Source of the DNA: Chthoniobacterales bacterium
GTDB taxonomy: Bacteria; Verrucomicrobiota; Verrucomicrobiia; Chthoniobacterales; UBA6821
Assembly: GCA_049314455.1 (NCBI GenBank)
Contig: JBMOFC010000003.1
Span: forward strand, 6,971 to 70,970
Direction of reading: 5' to 3'
DNA: 64,000 nt
Position numbers and translations under genes: made by a program. This document shows, piece by piece, positions 29,061 through 37,484 of this stretch. Under the pieces are notes generated by a model, which was not told where the DNA came from, did no database searches, and saw only the letters and a program-made list of their open reading frames with translations. Within the stretch, counting starts at the first letter, position 1. The number at the start of each line of letters is the position of its first letter.

Positions 29061-29268
29061 TTAACCCGGATTTTTCATGCTGATCGTGACGAGGAGACCG
29101 CGAAGGCTGATGGGGTAAGGCGGGCGAGCATTTTGATGTTCCCGCTTTCGCGTGAATGACGTGGTCTGTATGTGTGCATATACTGCCCAAGTCAAAGTGT
29201 AAGTCTAACGTAGCATTCATTTGGCTTCTCGGTCTCCGCAGTAGATCAGTATAAAATATCCGTGTTAA
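29061..29268. mobile_element. Family C MITE-like element, copy C1 (208 bp)
   Basis: Termini TTAACCCGGATTTTTCATGCTGATC / GATCAGTATAAAATATCCGTGTTAA. Inner pairing GGAGACCG / CGGTCTCC. Shares both arms with 35310..35577. Confidence 0.8.
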
Positions 29269-29298
29269 CCCGAGTCTTTCTGAAACAATCAATGCTCC

Positions 29299-30024
29299 AT
29301 GTCTAAAAAATTGATCGATCTCGATGCTCTTGATCAAAACAGATCCATTAGCAAAGAAGCTTTCTTAGAAAAGCTGAAACAGTATCAACTCGGTCTTCTG
29401 AAATATCAGCTCCAGCTCAAAGAGAGTAAACATTCTGTGATTGTCGTGGTTGAAGGCCCAGATGCAGCAGGTAAGGGAGGGGCCATTAAGCGCATGGTCG
29501 AATTTTTAGACCCGCGTCTTGTTCGAGTTTATTCGATTATAAAACCAACGCAAGAAGAGCTGGATCATCACTATCTATGGCGTTTCTGGAGCAAGATTCC
29601 ACCTCGAGGAAATCTAGTGATTTTTGATCGCTCTTGGTATGGGCGTGTTCTTGTGGAGCGTGTAGAAAAATTTGCTGCAGAAACTGAATGGCAAAGGGCC
29701 TATCAAGAAATTAATAATTTCGAAAAAACCTTAACCGATGGAGGTGCTATCATCATTAAAATATTTATGATGATCACTAAAAAAGAGCAGCTGAAGCGCT
29801 TTCAAGAAAGACAATCCGAACCATTCAAGCATTGGAAAATTAACGAAGAGGATTGGCGTAATCGTCGCAAATGGAAGCAGCATAATGAAGCTGCTTCCAT
29901 CATGTTTAAAAAAACATCTACTAAAATTGCGCCATGGACAGTGATCCCTGCTAACTACAAATGGTATGCTCGTGTGAAATTTGCTCAGACAGTTTATGAG
30001 ACTATTGCCAAACGCTTGAAATAA
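29299..30024 (+). CDS. ppk2: polyphosphate kinase 2 (single-domain PPK2)
   Basis: Walker A-like EGPDAAGKGGAI, then YLWRFW..P.RG....FDRSWY, typical of PPK2. Confidence 0.9.
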   Translation: MSKKLIDLDALDQNRSISKEAFLEKLKQYQLGLLKYQLQLKESKHSVIVVVEGPDAAGKGGAIKRMVEFLDPRLVRVYSIIKPTQEELDHHYLWRFWSKIPPRGNLVIFDRSWYGRVLVERVEKFAAETEWQRAYQEINNFEKTLTDGGAIIIKIFMMITKKEQLKRFQERQSEPFKHWKINEEDWRNRRKWKQHNEAASIMFKKTSTKIAPWTVIPANYKWYARVKFAQTVYETIAKRLK

Positions 30025-30031
30025 TTTTTCT

Positions 30032-30442
30032 ATGCACTTTTTTGTCTTTCGTGCCCTGCTCATGAGCTTTTGTATGTTAGTAGTTGGGTTGCTATGCCAC
30101 GGTTGCAATTATGAGAGCTACTGGTCCTTAGCAAAGGTTTCCTTTTTCTTTGGAATCATGAGTAGTGCTATTTATTATTTTTCTATCATGCCCCGCTTTG
30201 AACCTGTTGTGAAAAAAATTCTTTTCTTCAATGTTTTCATGAATACATTTGCAATTTTAATTCTATGGAAGTTTATTCCTGGGTTTCATTTAGCAAGTTC
30301 CACAACTGCTTTATGGATGAGTTTTCTTATCTCAATGATGTTTGCAGCAATGAGTTTTTTTTCTTTTTATGGCAAAGTTCGCTCTTCGCAACAAAGCACA
30401 AAAATAAAGCCAGCAAAGGCAAGGGTCATCTCTGCCGATTAG
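30032..30442 (+). CDS. hypothetical membrane protein (about 4 TM)
   Basis: Four hydrophobic segments. Begins 8 nt after ppk2 on the same strand. Confidence 0.55.
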   Translation: MHFFVFRALLMSFCMLVVGLLCHGCNYESYWSLAKVSFFFGIMSSAIYYFSIMPRFEPVVKKILFFNVFMNTFAILILWKFIPGFHLASSTTALWMSFLISMMFAAMSFFSFYGKVRSSQQSTKIKPAKARVISAD

Positions 30443-30481
30443 GCTTGATATCTTTCAACAATTCAGTTTTAAAGAGTCTCT

Positions 30482-30922
30482 ATGAAAACACCAACACTCT
30501 TTCTTTTTTCATTAATGGCGATTTTGTCAATGCTTCACGCTGATGGCACTTGGACGACTGATTATCAAAAGGCGCTACAACAAGCGAGCAAAGAGAAAAA
30601 AGAAGTCCTCCTCGATTTTACGGGAAGTGATTGGTGTATCTGGTGCCAAAAATTGCAAAAGGATGTTTTTTCTCAACCTCTTTTTAAAGAATTCGCCAAA
30701 AAAAATCTTATTCTCGTAGAGATCGATTTTCCTCAAGGCAAAGAGCAGAGTGATGATCTCAAGAAGCAAAATGAATCATTGCAAAAGCAATATAGCGTGG
30801 AAGGTTTTCCAACCCTGATCTTGCTAGATCCAAAAGGGAACGTGATCAAAAAATCTTCTGGCTACCTTCAAGGAGGACCCGAAGCTTTTATTGCATGGGT
30901 GGGCAACGTGAAAGAAAAATAG
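30482..30922 (+). CDS. secreted thioredoxin-fold protein (CxxC)
   Basis: Signal peptide (LFLFSLMAILSMLHA). Active-site-like DWCIWCQ. GFPTLILLD, typical of the thioredoxin fold. Confidence 0.8.
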   Translation: MKTPTLFLFSLMAILSMLHADGTWTTDYQKALQQASKEKKEVLLDFTGSDWCIWCQKLQKDVFSQPLFKEFAKKNLILVEIDFPQGKEQSDDLKKQNESLQKQYSVEGFPTLILLDPKGNVIKKSSGYLQGGPEAFIAWVGNVKEK

Positions 30923-30991
30923 AAAAAGTAGAAATGTGATTAGCCGTAGGACGAACGGCATCAGAGTTAGCATACAAACTTAAAAACCAAA

Positions 30992-31768
30992 ATGTATTCC
31001 TCAATTAAATCAATAATATCAGTAGCTACTAATTATTTTAGCACTACTTCTGGAACAAAAAGCTCTACATCGAATTCCTCAGCTGCTCCAACTGATGTTA
31101 CTGGACAAGCCCATTCAAGTAAAAATAGTTTTTTAAACTTATTTAATAAATGGAACTTTTTTGCTACTCCTTCATCATCTTCAGTACAACCTGAACCTAT
31201 TGAAATGGTTTCATGTGTTAGGAACAGTGAATTCGATGCAACTAACCAGAGGAGTCAATCTGATATAGATGCAAGGATTAGACACCTTGATTCAGATAAA
31301 AATAAGATTGCTACTTCTTCATCATCTTCAGTACAACCTGAACCTATTGAAATGGTTTCATTTGTTAAGAACAGTGAATTCGATGCAACTAACCAGAGGA
31401 GTCAATCTAATATAGATGCAAGGATTAGACACCTTGATTCAGATAAACATAATATGTCTTTAAGATGCGCTGTAGATAAAGCGCTTATTTACCTTCAAGT
31501 TAATAAAGATGATAAAGCTAGGGAATGTCTTACTGAAGCAGTTGAAACCGTATTTAGTCAGAGCTCATATGATAAAGGAAAAGATCCAAAACAGCTGGTA
31601 GATGTTGTCCTAGATATTTTAAAACGACAAAAACCGCTTCCAGATGATGAGTTAAATGGAAGCAAGAGTACTAAAGGTGAATTAGGACGTAAGAACACGG
31701 TGATGAAGGAAGTTCTTGAGATTATTATTGCCTCAAATCATTGGGAGACTATCAATCTAAACAAATAG
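30992..31768 (+). CDS. orphan hypothetical protein with internal 49-aa tandem duplication
   Basis: 258-aa ORF. S/T-rich N-terminus with no signal peptide. Duplicated block SSSSVQPEPIEMVS.V.NSEFDATNQRSQS.IDARIRHLDSDK. Helical C-terminal part. Confidence 0.6.
   Translation: MYSSIKSIISVATNYFSTTSGTKSSTSNSSAAPTDVTGQAHSSKNSFLNLFNKWNFFATPSSSSVQPEPIEMVSCVRNSEFDATNQRSQSDIDARIRHLDSDKNKIATSSSSSVQPEPIEMVSFVKNSEFDATNQRSQSNIDARIRHLDSDKHNMSLRCAVDKALIYLQVNKDDKARECLTEAVETVFSQSSYDKGKDPKQLVDVVLDILKRQKPLPDDELNGSKSTKGELGRKNTVMKEVLEIIIASNHWETINLNK
31163..31456 (+). repeat. 2 x 147-bp in-frame tandem duplication inside CDS 30992..31768
   Basis: Units 31163..31309 and 31310..31456 differ at only a few positions until the last ~12 nt. 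Confidence 0.95.
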
Positions 31769-31801
31769 TTGAAGCCCTAATATTGACGGATCTTTTTTCT
31801 G

Positions 31802-32275
31802 CTAAGATTGAGCCAAAAGATCCAAGTTCTCACCATCTACACGATAGAGGATCCATTCATCCATAGAAATTGCCCCTATTTTTAAATAAAAATCGATCGC
31901 TTTTTTATTCCAATCGAGTACGCGCCATTCAAGACGACCGCAATCGCGCTCTTTTGCTAACTTGGCAAGAAAAGTTAGCAAGTCTTGAGCAATTCCTCTA
32001 CCTCGATAGGCGGGTTTGACATAGAGGTCTTCAAGATAGAGGCCTGGTTTTGCCAAGAACGTTGAAAAATTATGAAAGAATAAGGCGAAGCCAATGGGAA
32101 TATTTTCTTCATAAGCAAAAATCACTTCTGCGTATTTCTTATCACCAAAAAGTTTTTCTCGGAGCAATTCTTTGGTGGCGACTACTTCATGGAGTAATTT
32201 TTCGTAATCGGCTAACTCTTTGATGAATTCGAGAATCAAGGGGAGGTCGTTTTTCGTAGCAAACTTTATTTCCAT
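31802..32275 (-). CDS. GNAT-family N-acetyltransferase (diamine/polyamine acetyltransferase-like)
   Basis: Acetyl-CoA binding motif YRGRGIAQDLL and LEWRVLDWNKKAIDFY. Confidence 0.85.
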   Translation of the reverse strand: MEIKFATKNDLPLILEFIKELADYEKLLHEVVATKELLREKLFGDKKYAEVIFAYEENIPIGFALFFHNFSTFLAKPGLYLEDLYVKPAYRGRGIAQDLLTFLAKLAKERDCGRLEWRVLDWNKKAIDFYLKIGAISMDEWILYRVDGENLDLLAQS

Positions 32276-32374
32276 AATTTAGGAGAGAGAGGGTGGTTCA
32301 GTGTAAATTTGATTGATCATTGTATCAAGAAAGAGTTAGTTTTTTAAAAAATTATCATTAAACATCGCTCTAGT

Positions 32375-33094
32375 ATGACCGTTAACAATCTCAATCAAAA
32401 TCCAAGTCAACCAAGCTATCGAAATAATCCAAACTATAGAATTACGAATCCTTATAGTTTATCTGCAGACTATCCCGAGGCTTCTGAGTATAAAAAATTT
32501 GCTGATAATAGAGAAAATCAAGGTAAAGTTATTTCCGGAACAACAGGTAACTCTATCCATTCCATTTTTCAAGTTTCTACTTCTGAAGGGAGATCAACAA
32601 TAAACAACCAAAAAATTATTGATGATTTTAAAAAAGTACTGCGAAGAGAATATGAAGATGAAGCTATTGTAAATTACTTTGCCGCTAATCATGAACAGAG
32701 TGCCTTGGAGCATGGATTAACTCCACAAATTCTCAAACATGTCTTTGCACAAGGAGTTGCCCTTTATGTGAGAACCCCTATAGGGCGTTTTATTCCCCGT
32801 TCTTCTGAAAAACACTCCCTCACTACCGGAGATTCTCGAAAAACACACGAAGAGACTATTGAAAAAGCAGTGATTCAAAGTCGCAAACAGATAACGGATC
32901 AGTTTGAGCAGAAAATTCGACATGACTATGGTTTTCACGGAGATTTAGCTTGCCGTTTTTTCCGAACTCATTTTAAGCAGCAAGCACTTGAGCATGGACT
33001 AACAGAGGAGATGGAAAAAGCTGTTGAAGACTTCGTAAATCAATATTCAATAAGTCATGGCAGAAATGTGTCTTGGGGAGACTCGAGAAAATAG
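32375..33094 (+). CDS. orphan hypothetical protein with two internal '..F....ALEHGLT' modules
   Basis: 239-aa ORF with an N/Q/P/S-rich N-terminus and no signal peptide. Repeated modules YFAANHEQSALEHGLTPQILKHV and FFRTHFKQQALEHGLTEEMEKAV. Confidence 0.55.
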   Translation: MTVNNLNQNPSQPSYRNNPNYRITNPYSLSADYPEASEYKKFADNRENQGKVISGTTGNSIHSIFQVSTSEGRSTINNQKIIDDFKKVLRREYEDEAIVNYFAANHEQSALEHGLTPQILKHVFAQGVALYVRTPIGRFIPRSSEKHSLTTGDSRKTHEETIEKAVIQSRKQITDQFEQKIRHDYGFHGDLACRFFRTHFKQQALEHGLTEEMEKAVEDFVNQYSISHGRNVSWGDSRK

Positions 33095-33139
33095 ATTGCC
33101 CTGCTTCAAAACAGCTTCACTTTTAGTAAAAATCAAAAA

Positions 33140-33913
33140 ATGCGCATAGGAATCATGGGAGCAATTCCTGAAGAGGTTGACTTGATCAGGAGTGAAATGA
33201 AGGTGAGGGAAATAGTGACTGTTGCAAGGCGAGATTATTATTCTGGTGAACTACATGGAAGTGAGGTTGTTTTAGTATTTTCTCACTCGGGAAAAGTGGC
33301 CTCTGCAAGTACAGTGACGACCCTCTTTAATCTCTTTGATGTTGATTTTCTATTGTTCGTAGGTCTGGCTGGGGGAGTGCATCCTGCTCTAAATGTGGGC
33401 GACATTGTGATTGGAGAGAGATTGTACCAACATGATATGGATAGACGGCCTCTTTTTCCAAAATTTCAAATTCCGTTAACCGAGAGAGATTATTTTTCTC
33501 CTCATGAAATACATCTGGTATGTGCAGAAAACGCCATCAATCATTTTTTGAAGGAGATTGAAGAGCATATTGCTCCAAATGTACTAGCAGAGTTTTTCAT
33601 GGAGTCTCCTAAAGTGGTAAGAGGAACGATTGCCACTGGTGATCAATTTATTTCAAATCCTGAACTTCATGACAACCTGATTTTCAAAGGAGAAATAGCC
33701 CATGCTGTCGAAATGGAAGGAGCCTCTGTGGCTCAAATCTGCCATGAATACAACAAGCCTTATCTAATCATCAGGACCATTTCTGATAAAGTCGACCAAA
33801 CTGCTTCTATCGATTTTAAGAAATTTAGAGAATCAGCCTCAAATTTTTTTTCTAGAGGAATTATTCGAAAACTGCTGCCTGATTTGATGAAGGTTTTAAA
33901 AGACTATGTTTGA
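33140..33913 (+). CDS. mtnN: 5'-methylthioadenosine/S-adenosylhomocysteine nucleosidase
   Basis: MRIGIMGAIPEEV, GLAGG, AVEMEGASVAQIC, IIRTISD. Confidence 0.88.
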   Translation: MRIGIMGAIPEEVDLIRSEMKVREIVTVARRDYYSGELHGSEVVLVFSHSGKVASASTVTTLFNLFDVDFLLFVGLAGGVHPALNVGDIVIGERLYQHDMDRRPLFPKFQIPLTERDYFSPHEIHLVCAENAINHFLKEIEEHIAPNVLAEFFMESPKVVRGTIATGDQFISNPELHDNLIFKGEIAHAVEMEGASVAQICHEYNKPYLIIRTISDKVDQTASIDFKKFRESASNFFSRGIIRKLLPDLMKVLKDYV

Positions 33914-34055
33914 TTTTCTATCATTGCTGTCAAAAATAAACACGTTATAGAAATAAGACATCAGAGGTTCATTGATTGCTAAGTGTCAAGTTTATGGGTT
34001 AAGAGCTTTTATCACATCTAGCACTGTTTATGACCCTGTTTCATTTCTGTCTAAG

Positions 34056-34218
34056 TATAGTCTTTTAAATCCATAAGGGCACGATCTGAACTTGCTCTTT
34101 TTCTTGATAACAGCGTTCTCATCACTCACGTTATCTTAAGATAGCGCTCGCTCTTCGGCCTTGTTATCAAGAAAAATTTCATCCTCTTATCGCGCCCTTC
34201 TCTCTTTAAAAGACTATA
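34056..34218. repeat. Family A element, copy A3 (163 bp), same orientation as A2
   Basis: Same termini and internal arms. A handful of differences from A2 by hand alignment. Confidence 0.9.
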
Positions 34219-34494
34219 TTCGTTCAAGGAAGCGGAACGTACCCGTTCAGGGAACAGCTAATGCTGAAGACGAAAGGGCAGAAAGTCGAATACTCGATGA
34301 ATAAATTGATCTGCGATTATCAGCATTAGATTCAAACGATTGTTTCTTCCTTCTGAAGTGAATTTGCCTACAGCCTTATCCGTTCCTGTGAACGGATACC
34401 TGACTACCCCCCTAAACTTCTAAACCTCTAACCGTCTCATTCTCCATACGTCTTGCAATGGAACTAAATTTTTATTTTGGACAAGAGTAATTTT

Positions 34495-35073
34495 CTATAT
34501 TTTGGATTTTGGCCAGGTAATATCTCCTCCTGTTCGTGTCCAAACAGAGAATCCAAGTGGAGCACTCAAAGGGAGAAGAAGTGTTCCCTCATGGAGCTTT
34601 TCGCCGATTGCTTGGCGGAGATGGTAGGAATCGAGATGTAATGCTGATGACGGCAGCTGTGGTTCGTATATTCGAATACGTCGTCCTCCTATGCCAGCAC
34701 TATCCGTGGGATCTTTTTCAGCTGTGATGAGTTCATAATGAAGAAAAAGATATTTATCATGATAACGAGGATCAGGCGAAAGAGATTGGAGAGTGAGGAA
34801 CTTCACATTTCCAACACGTGAGATCCACCCTTCAAATTCCCAAGGCTGAGCACCACTCTTGTCCTTATCAAAAAAAGTGACATGGTAGTGGGTGCCGTCG
34901 AGGGGAGCTATGGTGGCTTCAAAAATTTTTCCACTTTTATCTTGAGTGATCCATTGCCCTAACAGAAACGTATCAATTTGGCTGATAGGTCTGCTTGGTG
35001 GGGCATCGTAGAGACAACCTGAAAGGAGAAATGTTGCTAGAGAAAGAAGTATGATGAGGGAGAAATATTTCAT
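34495..35073 (-). CDS. hypothetical lipoprotein
   Basis: Lipobox LLSGC after a hydrophobic N-terminus. 192 aa, no recognisable domain. Confidence 0.6.
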   Translation of the reverse strand: MKYFSLIILLSLATFLLSGCLYDAPPSRPISQIDTFLLGQWITQDKSGKIFEATIAPLDGTHYHVTFFDKDKSGAQPWEFEGWISRVGNVKFLTLQSLSPDPRYHDKYLFLHYELITAEKDPTDSAGIGGRRIRIYEPQLPSSALHLDSYHLRQAIGEKLHEGTLLLPLSAPLGFSVWTRTGGDITWPKSKI

Positions 35074-35091
35074 AGGGCTGTTAAGAAAGCA

Positions 35092-35253
35092 GTAAAGAAT
35101 AAAGGGTAAAGAGTAAAGGTTGAAGAGCCATTTTGCTTATTATCCTAAAACTTCATCATACATAACAAATTTGCTATTTCTCAGTTTCATTTTGCCGCAT
35201 GTAACAAATGAACTCCTTGACCCTTCACACCTTACTCTTTGACCTTTTCTTTA
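35092..35253. repeat. Palindromic element E: ~37-bp imperfect inverted arms around an ~85-bp core
   Basis: The left arm GTAAAGAATAAAGGGTAAAGAGTAAAGGTTGAAGAG (35092..35128) roughly matches the reverse complement of 35214..35253. Confidence 0.6.
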
Positions 35254-35309
35254 TAAACAGGTAGCACAAGGCTTCCAACGTAATACCATTAAAATGCACT
35301 AATGGCTCT

Positions 35310-35577
35310 CTAGCCCGGATATTTCATGCTGATCGTGACGAAGAGGAGACCGCAAAGTCTTATGAGGCAAGGCAGGCGAGCATTTTGATGCCAGGCTGTA
35401 TGTGTAATATTGACTTGCTCGATCCTGCTCGGCTCGCCCCTTCGGTGCTTTCCTTCGGAAAGTCTATCCAGCGCCCTCCCGGACAGCTGTATTGCCCAAG
35501 TCAAAATATGACTCTAACGCAGCATTCATTAGGTTTCCCGGTCTCAGTAGTAGATCAGTGTGAAATATCCGGTCTAG
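35310..35577. mobile_element. Family C MITE-like element, copy C2 (268 bp)
   Basis: Termini CTAGCCCGGATATTTCATGCTGATC / GATCAGTGTGAAATATCCGGTCTAG. Shares left and right arms with C1 but has a different, longer central segment. Confidence 0.8.
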
Positions 35578-35583
35578 GACAGG

Positions 35584-36879
35584 CTAAATCCTCGTTCCCG
35601 CAGGAATGATGGCATTTTTTAAAATCACCACAATGCCATCGCGAATGAAGTAACCGGGTCCTTCAAGGTCGTTCTCTTTTCCTTGAGGCGAAATAGTAAC
35701 GTTATTTCCGATGCGTGCATTTTTATCGATGATGGCATTTTCAATGACACAACCCTCTCCGATGCCCATAGGAGGGACATCCCCGAGTTGGCCCTTGAAT
35801 TCTGATTCGTAATAGTCAGCTCCCATCATGATGGTGTTTGTTAGTTGTGTTCCCGGTTTGATAATGCTGCGGATACCAATAACACAGCGATCTAGTGAAG
35901 TAGCATTGATGATGCATCCATCAGAAATGATAGCCTTATGAATCGTGGCTTGCTCAATCATGCTAGCTGGCAAGAAGAGAGATCGTGTGTAAATAGGAGC
36001 TCCAGATTCATAGAAGCTGTAGGAGGGATTGGAGTCAGTGAGTTGAAGATTGGCATTAAAAAAAGCACGGATGGTTCCAATGTCTTCCCAATAGCCACGA
36101 AAAATAGTGGTCCTAACATCATATTCCTTAATGGCCTCAGGAATAATATTTTTTCCAAAATCTGGAAGTTCATTATCCAAACAATCAATGAGAACCTGGC
36201 GATTAAAAAGATAGATTCCCATGGAAGCAAGATAGAGACTTTGATTAGGGCTCTCTCCCATTTTTTCAAGTAAGGAAGGCTTAATACGTAGCTCTTCAAG
36301 AACCAGGGGATCGCTTGGTTTCTCGACGAAACGTGTGATACGAAGATCATCATCTGTTTCCATAATTCCAAATCCTGGCGCGGCCTGATGATCTACGGGA
36401 ATACATGATATGGTGAGTTCTGCACCAGTGCGGATGTGTTGACTTAAAATCGTCCAATAATCCATGCGGTACAGCTGATCTCCGCTTAAGATAATAAAAT
36501 AATCATAGTCTCGTTCCAAAAATGTGCGCAGATTTTGACGAACAGCATCCGCCGTGCCCTGGTACCAATCGGAGTGTTGATGTGTCTGCTGTGCTGCGAG
36601 GATTTCTACAAAACTATGATTGAAGGGATCAAACTTATAGCTCTCGTTAATATGACGATGTAACGAAGTGCTATTAAACTGAGTCAGCACATAGATGCCA
36701 CGAATACCAGAGTTGAGGCAATTGCTAATGGGAATGTCGACTAAGCGATATTTTCCGCCGATTGGGACAGCTGGCTTAGCCCGTTCTTGGGTGAGGGGAA
36801 AAAGTCGTGTACCAGCTCCTCCTCCCATAATAATAGCCAAGGTTCTTGATTTAGCTGAGGTTATTCTCGGGTCATCCAT
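35584..36879 (-). CDS. glgC: glucose-1-phosphate adenylyltransferase
   Basis: GGGAGTRLFPLT, KPAVP.GGKYRLVDIP.SNC, and a C-terminal left-handed beta-helix region. Confidence 0.93.
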   Translation of the reverse strand: MDDPRITSAKSRTLAIIMGGGAGTRLFPLTQERAKPAVPIGGKYRLVDIPISNCLNSGIRGIYVLTQFNSTSLHRHINESYKFDPFNHSFVEILAAQQTHQHSDWYQGTADAVRQNLRTFLERDYDYFIILSGDQLYRMDYWTILSQHIRTGAELTISCIPVDHQAAPGFGIMETDDDLRITRFVEKPSDPLVLEELRIKPSLLEKMGESPNQSLYLASMGIYLFNRQVLIDCLDNELPDFGKNIIPEAIKEYDVRTTIFRGYWEDIGTIRAFFNANLQLTDSNPSYSFYESGAPIYTRSLFLPASMIEQATIHKAIISDGCIINATSLDRCVIGIRSIIKPGTQLTNTIMMGADYYESEFKGQLGDVPPMGIGEGCVIENAIIDKNARIGNNVTISPQGKENDLEGPGYFIRDGIVVILKNAIIPAGTRI

Positions 36880-37149
36880 GGTTTTGATGTGAGGTTTTTG
36901 GATTGCAAATTATAGAGTGAAGATATTAGGAAAGCAATCCATCGGTTTGTTAAAAAAAGAAATTATTTTTCAAGGTGATTTCAGATTTTTATTCTGATCT
37001 ACTCCGGAAGTCGGAAGAGCTGATCGATACTGCGTTGAGCTCGAGTTCTTCCTAGCCCCAATGCTGTTTACTTTAGGCAAACAGCTTTTGTTGAAGTGTT
37101 GAAAGGAGTCATTCTCTGAAATAAAGAGCTTGATTAGGAAAGAACTCTA

Positions 37150-37276
37150 AGTAACCGGCATGGGTGGGTAGCCACGTCATTCCCGCGAAGGCGGAAATTT
37201 CAGACTCCATTGTTCGCCTTACCCCATCAGGTTTTGCTGGTTACTCTTAACAATCAGTATGAAATATCCAGATTAA
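37150..37276. repeat. Family C partial copy C3 (one arm plus hairpin module), inverted relative to C1
   Basis: The reverse complement aligns to the C1 left half: TTAATCTGGATATTTCATACTGAT, CTGATGGGGTAAGGCG, and the ..TTCCGCCTTCGCGGGAATGACGTGG module. The left boundary is uncertain. Confidence 0.6.
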
Positions 37277-37326
37277 CAATATTTTTCCGGACGAACTTGA
37301 CTGATTGCATCATGTTTGTCAGCTTC

Positions 37327-37484
37327 TTAGCCCGCCTATTTCATACTAATTCTGCTACAGCTTACGACAGCCTTATGTATACTGTGTCAGGCTCGAATTA
37401 CTGTGCTCATAAAGCCTTTGTCGCAATCCATCGCTTTTTTGTCTACATAAGGCTGCACGACCAATCAGCATGAAATAGGCGGGC
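37327..37484. repeat. Family C-related element C4 (~158 bp)
   Basis: Termini TTAGCCCGCCTATTTCATACTAAT / ATCAGCATGAAATAGGCGGGC share the ATTTCAT.CT.AT core of family C. The interior is unrelated. It ends 30 nt before the glmS ATG. Confidence 0.6.

Noticed and set aside
29061-29268. TTAAC / CTAG flanks of family C as target-site duplications
   Set aside because: TTAA and CTAG are palindromic and sit symmetrically as TTAACCCGG...CCG(G/T)GTTAA. They are therefore simply the outermost bases of the terminal inverted repeat, not demonstrable duplications.
28969-29337. 122-aa minus-strand ORF spanning the waaA-ppk2 spacer
   Set aside because: It is a read-through of repeat element C1 and overlaps the 3' end of waaA and the 5' end of ppk2. 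The peptide is the kind of artefact produced by translating palindromic repeats.
31163-31456. Tandem 147-bp repeat as a diversity-generating retroelement TR/VR pair
   Set aside because: The units are adjacent and in frame. Their mismatches are not adenine-specific. No reverse transcriptase is nearby.
35310-35609. ORFs 35310..35504 (-) and 35385..35609 (+)
   Set aside because: Both lie within repeat element C2 (the second also runs into the glgC 3' end). There is no coding signal beyond chance openness.
37210-37473. 87-aa ORF upstream of glmS
   Set aside because: It is composed of partial C3 and C4 repeat sequence, uses a non-ATG start and has no recognisable features.
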